Translations under genes and position numbers: made by a program | Notes under the pieces: generated by a model | What the model saw: only the letters and a program-made list of their open reading frames with translations | Told to the model about the DNA's origin: nothing | The model's database searches: none | Assembly: GCA_021613535.1 (NCBI GenBank) | Contig: CP075493.1 | Span: 124,001-188,000, forward strand | Source of the DNA: Adineta vaga | Taxonomy: Eukaryota > Animalia > Rotifera | Reading direction: 5' to 3' | Length of the DNA stretch: 64,000 bases | Shown: positions 51,038-62,052 of the stretch, piece after piece | Layout: each line of letters opens with the position of its first letter | Position numbering within the stretch: the stretch's first letter is position 1

Positions 51038-51587
51038 TAATAATTACATATGACGTTATGATGTAATCTTCATAATAAAACAAACTTGAACGCTTTGCAA
51101 ATTTCAGACAAAAAATTTCAAATAACCTAATTAGCTTAGTTGTGGATCACTTTCATTTTATTTGCATGAATAAATATAACTGAATATTATAAATCGTATT
51201 GTTTAACAATACTTAGACGCTATATTTCCTCAATCAAAGTTAGTTGCGAGCCGGTTGTAACAGAATTTCGAAAGAGTGGATTACTCCGTTGTCATAGTGA
51301 AGGTTGTTTTATTTGTTATTTACTGACGAATTTGAATAACGTTACCACCGTCATCGGTATAGGTAGGTGTGGGTCACTTAACTTAATTCTACTTAATAAA
51401 GTCACTTAATTAAGTGTTCTCACTTAACGCTTGATACTAAGCATTAAAGTTTTTCGTTCAAAATCAAAACTTCATATTATGTGTTAAGTGAAATGACTTA
51501 ATAAAGTGAAATTAAAGTTTTTCCTCTTAAGCTCAATTTCACCTAATCGAGCTTCTTCATCAAGTTTTTCCACTGAATGCTTGGTGT

Positions 51588-51681
51588 TAGGTGTGGGAGG
51601 GTGGGTTTGGGTGTGCGTCGATTTGATACCCGCAACCACAACCGCACCCACACCACACCCATACCCACACCCACACCCTCA
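51588..51681. repeat. Inverted telomere-like repeat cassette
   Basis: ggtgtgggagggtgggtttgggtgtg ... cccacaccacacccatacccacacccacaccctca. Confidence 0.65.
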
Positions 51682-51709
51682 CTATAGTATAACTCATCAC
51701 TTCTACTAA

Positions 51710-52664
51710 CGAGAAAGGGCTACCAACTGATAAATCGCTTTACACCTAAAACATAGTGTACCATTGGTAACCGATGATGCTGAATCCGAATGTCAGGGTC
51801 TTTACTGCTGATGCAATCTCCAAGACCCTGGTTTTCCATGAAATTTGTTTTTTTCCAGAATCATTTTTTGATTGTTCCAGATAATACAGGATATAAAATT
51901 ATCCATAAAAAAACTTTTTAAGACCATTTTAGCAATGAATGAAGCTGTTATGAGATGAAAAAGATAATGTATTCGAATGGTTTTAGTCTTTCATTCACAT
52001 TTTTTTCTTTCAATATGTCAATAATGTATGTTTGTTGCTGTATCTTGAAGATTATTTCAAAAATAGACTTATCTCTCCTATATCTTTCTTAATCAAAACT
52101 TTGTTTATAATAAAAAACTAGAAAAACAAGAAGAACGGAAATGCGAAACATATATATAATCGAAAAAGATTTCTAAAACTTTGGACATAGTTCTATCTTA
52201 TAGTCCGTTTTTTATAACTTGTTATGTTGAAAGATTGATGTAACGAAGTAGATAAAAGTTGACGTCTGCAATTACGAAAATGCATTATAAAATCCTATTT
52301 TAGTATTTTTTGGAATATGAAATCCTTACTTCGTGATAGCTAACCATGGAAGTGATATGAAATTAAAAAAATGTTGGAAGCATAGCTTCTCTCCACATTG
52401 TGCACATGTGATAAACACACTTTCTCCACATGTTTGCAAGTGACATACTTCATGAGATCGTATTGGTGGAAAACATATCTCATTGACAGTGGAGAAAGGA
52501 GCGGGATCTTTTCTTAACAAGCCAGCTGCATGCAAACTGTACTTAATCAGTGGTTGAAAAACAGGCGCCGAAAGCTGATCATGCATAAGCGAAACAATTT
52601 TAATAATGTTGTTTCGCTCATACAGATGAATATCAATTTTATCCAAAGCCACACGATTATACAC
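51710..52664 (-). pseudogene. Truncated Tc5-like element with the transposase C-terminus
   Basis: YNRVALDKIDIHLYERNNII...CAQCGEKLCFQH is clearly homologous to the 39684..40310 exon; ctaa|cgag terminus at 51710. Confidence 0.8.
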
Positions 52665-53173
52665 CTTTTTGAGAAAGCAATTACAGATTCTGATAGAGCA
52701 TGAAATTCTCTATCATCCTGTATATTTACTTATTTACTTATATTCATTTATTGAAAAGAAAATTTGAGTACAATGAAAACATTTTCAATCGACAAGTACA
52801 AAAATGCGGTGTGTTGAATGTTTTTCAAACTACAGGTACCAAGGAAATAATTTTAAAAAAAAGTAATTCCATATTCTGGTAGAGCTTCAAATTCTCTATC
52901 ATCCTATATATTTTGGTCTTATCTTATATTTGTATGCTGAATAATAATTTGAGTAATATTTGAAAACAACCTCATTGATCAGGTCTTGATTGGACGGAAA
53001 AAATAAAAAAGAAGTATAAGAAAGATGCGAATTTTTTGTACTTGTCGATTGAAAATGTTTTCATTGTACTCAAATTTTCTTTTCAATAAATGAATATAAG
53101 TAAATAAGTAAATATACAGGATGATAGAGAATTTCATGCTCTATCAGAATCTGTAATTGCTTTTTCAAAAAGG
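52664..53173. mobile_element. Palindromic MITE
   Basis: cctttttgagaaagcaattacag...ctgtaattgctttttcaaaaagg; ~140-bp arms. Confidence 0.8.
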
Positions 53174-53437
53174 CAGTTGTATAGTGATGAAAAATTTAAA
53201 AAACCAATTTTGATGACAGTCAAAAAATCATGTCTGTGGGAATCTGGACATGAGGGTGTCTTCATTGTACTCAAATTATTTTGGCAATACATAAATGAAA
53301 ATTAAAACATAAATATACAGGAAGATAGGAAACTCCACGGGCTTTCAGAATATGGTATTTATTATTTCATTTTAAATGTTTTTATAGTGACGATATACTC
53401 AAAATACAGAGTACAGCTATTTTTTTCAGGGGAATAT

Positions 53438-53540
53438 ATAAGTTAGACCAATCTGACGAGACTTTGAAATAAGTCAAAACCAGTCACGCCAGCTTGTCAC
53501 TCCCTCACCCTCATCTCCACTCTCACCCTCATTCTCACCG
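53438..53540 (+). ncRNA. Degenerate hammerhead motif followed by (CCCTCA)-like telomeric repeats
   Basis: CUGACGA, perfect stem II GACUU/AAGUC, AAAAC in place of GAAAC, CAGUC site; then tccctcaccctcatctccactctcaccctc. Confidence 0.55.
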
Positions 53541-54921
53541 TTAATATTCTAGTTCCTTATATTTCATTTTTAAATTTGAATCGTTTATATTCAGCAGACG
53601 AAACTTGGTTTACAATGGAGTTTTAATTTAGTGTATTGGCCGATTTATCTCAGCACACTTAGTTCCCTTTGGATTCAACTTCTATTCTTCCTTTCTGTGA
53701 TTTCATTTAAATATTTTAACTCGTATTTCAATTTCAATGTCACCATTATTAATCTGATTGTCTCCTTCTGTTTTTCATTTCGTAATTGCGATTTCAGCTA
53801 ATTACTATTTGTGCTTAAATGCAGTGCCTTGTAGAATGTGTCGATTTTAAAATAAAGTAACATTAAACGCGTGGAAACTCTGCATTTTACATTAGATTAT
53901 TTTCAAGCACATTCATTTATTAGATTTTGTCGAGTTAGATCGATTGCTGAAAAGCAAGCGCTGAGTATAGGAGATAGAATTTATATTTTCTTCAAGGATA
54001 TGTCGATCTATTTTCAATTGATTATAGAAGTTACATTGACATACTAGTCATATAAAAAATGCCACCACCTTAAAATAATTCAATGATCAAGCAAAGTTAG
54101 AGAGAGAGAGTATGCGACGTCTATCGTCGCAACCATGTCGCCAAAGGTCGCAGATCACGATCAGCTGGTATGGCTTTATCACCGAAAAGACGCTCAAGCA
54201 CCGCGTGAAATCGAAAAGCCAGGGTTTCCTACAAATAAAAAGCTGAATATTAACAACCCTTGTGTAAAAAGCTGACGTTTTCTCTTCACTTCATATTGTG
54301 AGACACCCTACAGCGTTTCAATTTACTATTGAGAAAGATAAAACGGGGTTTAAAGTGTTCACGATTGAAGAGAAAATTTCTTGTCAGTGAGGAGAAGTGA
54401 GATAACTGGTGATTAAGACCCAATTATCTTTAAGGTTTCTTTACTGTCTGAAGTCCAAGCTTAATAGCCCACTATGGTTTCTAATGTTCCAGTGAATGTT
54501 TTAGCTATAATACATCCTGATAGAAGTGCGAATCTTCTTCAACAGCTAATATAAACTTAATCTTCCTTGCATCTTTTAGAACGCTACATTCGACCGACCT
54601 CTTGAAATCTTGTTCTAGATTGATTGTAAACATGCAGGGTGTTAAAAAACCTTTACGCACCCTTCCTTAGCGACATAATGAATCAATGATATAGTCAACT
54701 ATTCATACCAAATTAAAGCCCGTCAAAAGCTGCATCTAAGGACCTAATTAAAGTCAACAGTAGATAGGCAATTATCAAAATATATTGGACACATGAAAAT
54801 GTCGCATACTATAAAGGGTGTCCCAGAAGTTCTGGGGGAATTTTTGAAATTCATCGTTCACAACTTCAGTAAAAGCAAACTCTTTGAAACTTTCATAGAT
54901 TATTTTACATAGTTAATACTA

Positions 54922-56585
54922 CAGTAGTGGCCAAAATTATAAGACCACCTTATTTCGATCTATTTTTTCGAATTTGTTTTTGCCCAGAACATGATATTTT
55001 TTTCTCAAATTTATCGAACTATGTAGAATTCAATATGCTCTTTCAGAATTTGATGAAAAAATTTTATTAGTTCGAGTAGTTTTTATAACAAAATTTTCAA
55101 AAAAAATATCTATATTTTTCTGGCCGAAATTATAAGACCACTACTAGGATTTTCTAATTTCGGCCGCCGAACTGCGAACGATTGGTTCATAAAATATTAC
55201 GTAAATAAAGCTACACTCTTTATGAACTATTTTCACTTCTTTCAGATATTCCCTGTCAGATATTTTTTACAATTACTACACTTCATTTTGCAACTGGTGG
55301 TAGTGGGTCGGTCAAAGGTATCTTTGAACAAGAAAATCGAAATTAAAGCTTTATTAGAAGAAGGTTTTACTTAACAATACGTTGCTAACAAACTTGGCGT
55401 TTCAAAAACGTGTCTTAAATCTAGCAAAAAAAATTTTAAAAAAATTACCATTGTCACATTCACCTGGCCAAGGGCGACCAAAAGCATCGACAGCAACTGA
55501 AGATCGAAATTTGTTACGTTTATGCAAGAAAGATCGAACAAAATCTAGCAAACAATAATCATCTGAACTCCTTCTTTCAAATGGTTAACAATTAAGTCCA
55601 CGAAAAGCCCGTCGTCGACTCCTCGATATGGGGTATAAAAGCTACACAGTGAAGAGAAAACCGGTTCGAAAACCTGCTCAAAAACAAGCACGACTTTCCT
55701 TTGCCGGAGAACATCAATATTGGTCAAACGAATGGAATAACATCATCTGGAGTGACGAATATCATTTTGAAGTACTTAATCGAAAGAATCGTACAGTAGT
55801 TCGACCTCTTTCAAAAGAAGCCGATGAACCATTTAATTTCGTGCCAAGAGTACAAGGAGGTGGTGGTAGTGTGAGCGTATGGGGCTGCATGTCAGGAGGT
55901 GCTCGAGGTTCATTAGTTATGTATTCTGGTAATCTTAATGATAGAGCATATATTCAATTAATTGAGGAAGCTTTAACTATGTTTATTGAAGATACTTTTG
56001 ATTCATCAAACAAAGAATGGCTGTTCATGCAAGACAACGCACCCGCACATCGATCAGCTTATTCAATTAATTGGTTTAAAACTAACAAAATTACTCTTCT
56101 AAAATGGCCTGCTACTTCACCTGACCTTAATCCAATTGAAAGTTTGTGAGATTACATCGTTAAGGAATTACAAAAAATGAAGCCAACGAACGTTATACAA
56201 TTACAGGAAATGATTCAAGATATTTGGCGTGGTATAACTCCTATGCGTTGTCAGAAGTTAGTGGATTCTATGCCACGTCGTATTAAACAATGTCTTAAAT
56301 CCAAAGGTGGAACATTCAATAAATATCAATAAGAATGTCCAGAACAAAATTAGAAAATCCTAGTAGTGGTCTTATAATTTCGGCCAGAAAAATATAGATA
56401 TTTTTTTTGAAAATTTTTTTATAAAAACTACTCGAACTAATAAAATTTTTTCATCAAATTCCGAAAGAGCATATTGAATTCTACATAGTTCGATAAATTT
56501 GAGAAAAAAATATCATGTTCTGGGCAAAAACAAATTCGAAAAAATAGATCGAAATAAGGTGGTCTTATAATTTTGGCCACTACTG
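54922..56585 (+). mobile_element. Tc1-family transposon with IR/DR-type TIRs
   Basis: TA TSD; ~240-bp TIRs each with two ggcc(a/g)aaattataagacca direct repeats. Confidence 0.9.
55303..56332 (+). pseudogene. Tc1 DD34E-type transposase, inactivated
   Basis: GRP linker, IIWSDE, VSVWGCM, FMQDNAPAH, SPDLNPIE. Stops at ~55372 and 56147 plus a frameshift. Confidence 0.9.
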
Positions 56586-57206
56586 TAGTATTAACTATGT
56601 AAAATAATCTATGAAAGTTTCAAAGAGTTTGCTTTTACTGAAGTTGTGAACGATGAATTTCAAAAATTCCCCCAGAACTTCTGGGACACCCTTTATAGTA
56701 TGCGACATTTTCATGTGTCCAATATATTTTGATAATTGCCTATCTACTGTTGACTTTAATTAGGTCCTTAGATGCAGCTTTTGACGGGCTTTAATTTGGT
56801 ATGAATAGTTGACTATATCATTGATTCATTAGGTCGCTAAGGAAGGGTGCGTAAAGGTTTTTTAACACTCTGTATTACTCTGTTGGTTCGAAAGACTAAA
56901 CTTTGTTTGACTTATTAACAAATCTAGGTACGATGGTTAGTATTCTTACCGTAACATTCGTTCAAAGATATACACTCCTTCATGGAGAATCGTCGTCACC
57001 GCTATAAGTCCAAAAAATCGGGTCTTCAGAGTCGACAGAATAAAAAGTAAATACGAGTGCTACACGGAATATAGAGAAACATATTATCACTCATGTTGGC
57101 TTCTCAACGTAGTCTGCTCACATTTATGCCTGGCCATAACCCGGCGTTACAGAGGATCAACTTTGATTTGAGTTAATAGATGCTCTTTAATTGGATGCGG
57201 TCCTAC

Positions 57207-57659
57207 GCTCTAAAAACATAGGTGCTCTACTAAACCCCCCAAAAAGGTTTCCTCGTTAAGAAAAAATCTGTAAACATGCGCAGCGTTTGACAAATACAAT
57301 AAAAAATTCTACGAAAGCATTAAAGGATCGTCCCGTGTACCGGCGAGGAAAACCTTCTGCTACGAAACTTTTAGAGTTTCATATTAAACTCCACAAGAAT
57401 ATTGTAGTTTAGTATGAAAATATTTGGTTTTCATCTGAAACTCTAAACACTTCGTGTTCTACTAAACCTCTTTATGTTGTCCTGCACTTTAGAAAAATTT
57501 CGTCTGAGAAGGTTCTTTCCGCCGGTATACGGGACGATCTTTTAATGGTTTCGTAGAATCTTTTTGTTGTGTTCTCCAGACGGTGAACATGTTTAGAGAC
57601 TTTTCCTAACGAGAAAATCTTTTTGGGGGTTCAGTAGAGCACTAATTTTTATTAGAGTG
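57207..57659. mobile_element. CACTC-type palindromic MITE
   Basis: ta|cgctctaaaaa...ttattagagtg|ta with internal inverted arms; similar in style to 900..1298. Confidence 0.65.
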
Positions 57660-57755
57660 TATAAAACATTTCATATATGTATAATTTCTTCAAGACTATA
57701 TTTAAGCATGTCATGTACTACTTCCTGAGAAATTATCGCCAAGTTTCAGAAACTG

Positions 57756-58524
57756 TCAAATAGAAGTTTTTTTGCTCAGATAATGCGATATTTCTCTTTC
57801 CAATGTATGAATGAGTGCCTGCAGGATACAATCTAGACTTACTGCAGTAGCACGCTTGAAAAGTGTTGTAGGAAAAATAGGGATACAGCCCAGTTCTTTA
57901 GCTTCTGGATTATAATAAAACTGCGTAATCCAACAATCATTAGTTGCTACGCGCCACCATGCATCTTGTAAAAACCCGTCAGATTCATTTCGAACGATGT
58001 CAAGTTTTGCATGATCTGCTCCTTCATCGAGAATGACATGATTGATATCTTCTAAGTCGAATTGTACAACAACACATGGACACATTTCTTGAGGCAGTGA
58101 AGTTGATGATGTCGAGGATGATGATAATTGATCGTGAGCCCTGATCTCAAGAGGATTGTACATCGCTCTCACATGTTCGAGACCTGAAATGACGACAGAC
58201 CTCACCCAGTGAACAAATTCTTGGAATGTGGTGTGTGGACCATTTTCAAGATGCATCCGTAGAAGTTGATAATACATAAACGGACCAACCAGTTCGGCCG
58301 CTTCCGGTTCTACAGGGCGACTGGCCATCGTGTATGCGATGCCAATATCGTCTACCCAACAGTTCACCAGCTCATAAAGAAAAGTACAAAAGCTTGCTAG
58401 ACAGATAGTTGCCAGCGTTGTGCTGCATTCATCCGCATATTGAAGCATCGCACATAAGATGCTTTTGTCCACTATTGATGGTACCGTAAAAGCCGGCACC
58501 ACTGATGGTAAGTGTAATGTCCAT
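57756..58524 (-). CDS. Divergent C-terminal half of an NRPS condensation domain; probable terminal exon or gene fragment
   Basis: STTLATICLASFCTFLYEL..DDIGIAYTMASRP..EAAELVGPF..QLLRM....TTFQEFVHWVRSVVISGLEH parallels the C-domain consensus TLF..LLAAF..LL...DIVIG...ANR...LIGFF.N.L.LR...PTF.ELL..VR..L.A..H. Ends ..PTTLFKRATA. Acceptor at 58525. No HHxxxDG seen. Confidence 0.65.
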
Positions 58525-60160
58525 CTATACAAAGTTTTCGTTAGGAAAATCATTCAAAAAAGAAACGGTTTTGTCTGATTTTTCGAGAACACGGGAACCA
58601 GCTTTCTTGTATCTTTTCAGGTACGTTCAGGAAACTCACTAATATGAAATGTGCATGAGTTCAAATTCACAACTACCGCTTCTTATTCCAACATGTTGCC
58701 ATGCTCAACTATATGATGACCCAATTTGCTTTCTCTCTATATCAGTTAAAAAACCTAAGGATATTCAGGCCGAACTATCACCCACATCGCTAAACTACTA
58801 AATTTAAAATGTCATCTGCTAGTGGCTGTCCTATATGAAACTATTTAGTCCCTTAAAAACGATAAGACACAGTTTCAGAGACTGATTAATTTCATATACA
58901 ACAAACGCCAGCAGCTTAAATTTTAAATTTACTAGTTTAATGATAACCCTTCCGGGATCGGTGATGCTTTAAAGCGTCACCGGTCCCGGAAGGGTTAACG
59001 AAGGTATTCTTTGCCCAAAACACTAATACTCTGATGGCTTTGACAAGATGACATATCACCAGACTATATCAGGCACAAGCAGAGGCATTGTATATAAAAC
59101 GGATAGCAAAGGAAAACTATCGAACACTGGCGTTGAGCGGTGCTGAAATCGATATACCTAATTTTGTTGGAAAAATTATTCGTTAAGTAAATCTCTGATA
59201 ACTCAATTTCTCGATAGCGTACATGGCTATATTCTGATTTTCAGAATAGCAAAAGCAGTTCTTTTTCGGCTGATATCTGATTGTATAAAAAGCAGCTAAC
59301 CGATGTCTAATGAGCAATGTAACAATAATATTAGACTTAATTTAGAGTGACTTTTTTCTAGATTCTATTCTACCATTCTATGTTTTTTTTGCTATTTCTG
59401 CCAATTCATCGTAAAATGGCAGTTGATTCTGCTCAATTCTGGGACAAAAATGACCTCCAGTCAGGAAAAATCAAATACTATTTGGTTACTCTTGTCGAAG
59501 GACTTCAACTTATTCCTTGTGCAAAACCTTTGGGATTTATCTGTTCTTTCAATTTCTAGGGACAAAAATGAAGTGTACAAAAAAATGCCTTTTTGATTCC
59601 TTTCTCTGCCAATAGGTTTATTTTTTGGCGATAATTCAGCCAATACCTTAGAATACAAATAGAGCTATTCAAAAAATTACTGATGGCAGTTCTGATGCAA
59701 AATTTTAATATAATTTCTTTATCAGGTTGAAACTATAGCTGAAACTCACATACAGCAGTCGAGAGAAGGCTCCGCCCTCTTTTACTTCGACTTCTACAGA
59801 TACTCGAGATCTGAAAGTTTGTGTGCATATACAGTCACCTGAGGTAATCCGGATCAAAGACTAAAAAATACATATTGTTTTGTTCGTTCTCATTCATTGT
59901 ACGTCCTATGAAAGTGATTCTTTTATCATAACCAGATCCAAGTGTGTTCTATTAATTGACAAAAAAACACTGAAAAAGCACGTGTTAAAAAAAATAATAG
60001 TAAAACGGTCGTGAAGGAGTATGCGCTGATCCAAATTATCCGAATTGGGGTAATTCATATCAATCAATCGATCTAGATGGGGTAACTGGAATCACTCCAG
60101 CTATTTTAGCTGGAGAACACTTGCGAGACCTCTACCACTTTTACAGTAGAACTACGACTA

Positions 60161-60918
60161 AGGTCTGTCCAGTAAAAAGATGGCCGTTGGTATTTTTGCA
60201 ATCGCTCACGAACGGAAAGAGGTAGAGACCTGCAGTTTTCATCGATAGGCTTCAGCTTGCATTAGACATAGAGCCGTGTCAAATTTGATTGTTCCATAAG
60301 CTGACCAATCAGATCGTTTCTTGATAACAATAATAGGAACACCACTTTGGACAACATGTTCTATTCAATTTTATATTTTTATCTACTTGTTTGGAAGGGA
60401 TAGGTGTAGCCTATCTATCTGCAGAAGGCTGGCCCCTATATCACCTGTCGCTGTTGAGATACAGGGACGATCGAGACCCACGTTTTCGGCCAACACACGG
60501 GAGAGGAATAAGAAATGTACCGTGAAAGAGGCAATTAATCACGTTGATTCCAATGTGCTAGCTGCTTTTAATTTTAACGGCTCGACAGTATTGTTTATAG
60601 AGTATCACCCTCGCCTATATCTCAACAGCGACAGGTGATATAGAAGCCAGCCTTCTGCAGATAGAAAAGCTACACCTATCCCTTCCAAACAAGTAGATAA
60701 AAATATAAAATTGAATAGAACATGTTGTCCAAAGTGGTGTTCCTATTATTGTTATCAAGAAACGATCTGATTGGTCAGCTTATGGAACAATCAAATTTGA
60801 CACGGTTCTATGTCTAATGCAAGCTGAAGCCTATCGATGAAAACTGCAGGTCTCTACCTCTTTCCGTTCGTAAGCGATTGCAAAAATACCAACGGCCATC
60901 TTTTTACTGGAAAGCCCT
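60161..60918. mobile_element. Foldback MITE related to the 1351..4028 family
   Basis: ~300-bp near-perfect inverted arms (ccagtaaaaagatggccg / cggccatctttttactgg). Confidence 0.85.
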
Positions 60919-61021
60919 TAGTATAGGGGTGCACCAGTCCTAGTTTTAACTGCTGAACTGGTTCTCAAACTATTTGAACTTCTTGCTATTAACTTATCGG
61001 CACGTCCTTGTTTTCTGGCCT

Positions 61022-62052
61022 ATATACATAATGTCTATATATGGATGTAATGTTAAATATGTGCTTTTCAGTTTGTTTGTGTCAGGTCAGAGATGGGCAA
61101 CTCCGGCTTTTTTCATGCAGATCTATGGGTGTTAAAGAAGGTAGATGAGATGAAGAGTGGAGTTACCATGTTGCATATGAGTGAGGATCATGACGCCCAG
61201 TTGTCACGATGATGGTTGCTACGGAGTTGTACATAAATTCTCTCGTTGCTAGGGGAGTTAACTCCGGAGTTGCCCATCTCTGCTGTCAGGTGAAAGATTG
61301 AAGGTCAAATGTCACAGATTCCAGAATTCTCTATAACATTCGAGAATCAGGTTACCTAGACTGAAGTTTTTAGATACGTCTAGAACATTCTCAGAAATGT
61401 TTTGAAAAGCTCTAGAGTTCAAAAGTCAACGGTCGAAAGTAGATGGTACTCATCGACCTCTGCGAACGTTCTAAAGAAAGGTTCTTCAGGATCTATCACT
61501 ATTCTTATAACACAGCCCTGATGAATCCGTGAGTAATCTCGTAGTACATCTGTTGAATCCCACATGAATGCCAACATCCCTTCTTCAAATCTTCTTATTG
61601 TGACGATTTTTGATGGAAAAGATGTATGCGCTGATGGAACTACGCCTTGATCTATTTCTTCCTCTTAAATCGCATCTTTTATAGATAGAAACACGCATTT
61701 ATATATGTACAACCAACAGAAAGAAAACGAAGAGAACAAATGTATAAGAGAGCCATAGGTGACAGAAAGAGAAGAACCAAGAAAAGCGGATAGAACGATA
61801 TCGTCATAGATATCGTTACACTTATACCATCATCTTCTTTCGATCTTTACCGTTCGACCTTCGAACTCTAGAGCTTTTCAAAACATTTCGGAGACTGTTC
61901 TAGACGTATCTAGATCAGTCTCGGTTACCTAATTCTAGAATGTTATAGAGAATTCTAGAATCTGTGACCTTTGACCTTCAATCTTTCACCTGACACAAAC
62001 AAACTGAAAAGCACATATTTAACACTACATCCATATATAGACATTATGCATA
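61022..62052. mobile_element. Palindromic MITE with a nested hAT MITE (61088..61282) and an LTR-like insert (~61506..61820)
   Basis: Arms atgtgcttttcagtttgtttgtgtcaggt / acctgacacaaacaaactgaaaagcacat; inner TIR cagagatgggcaactcc / ggagttgcccatctctg with tgtcaggt repeated on both sides. Confidence 0.7.

Larger units (their letters stand above)
54635..56872. mobile_element. Composite Tc1/mariner structure with ~525-bp inverted arms made of three nested termini
   Basis: Termini cagggtgttaaaaaac (54635), aagggtgtcccag (~54813) and cagtagtggccaaa (54922) are each mirrored on the right. Confidence 0.85.
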
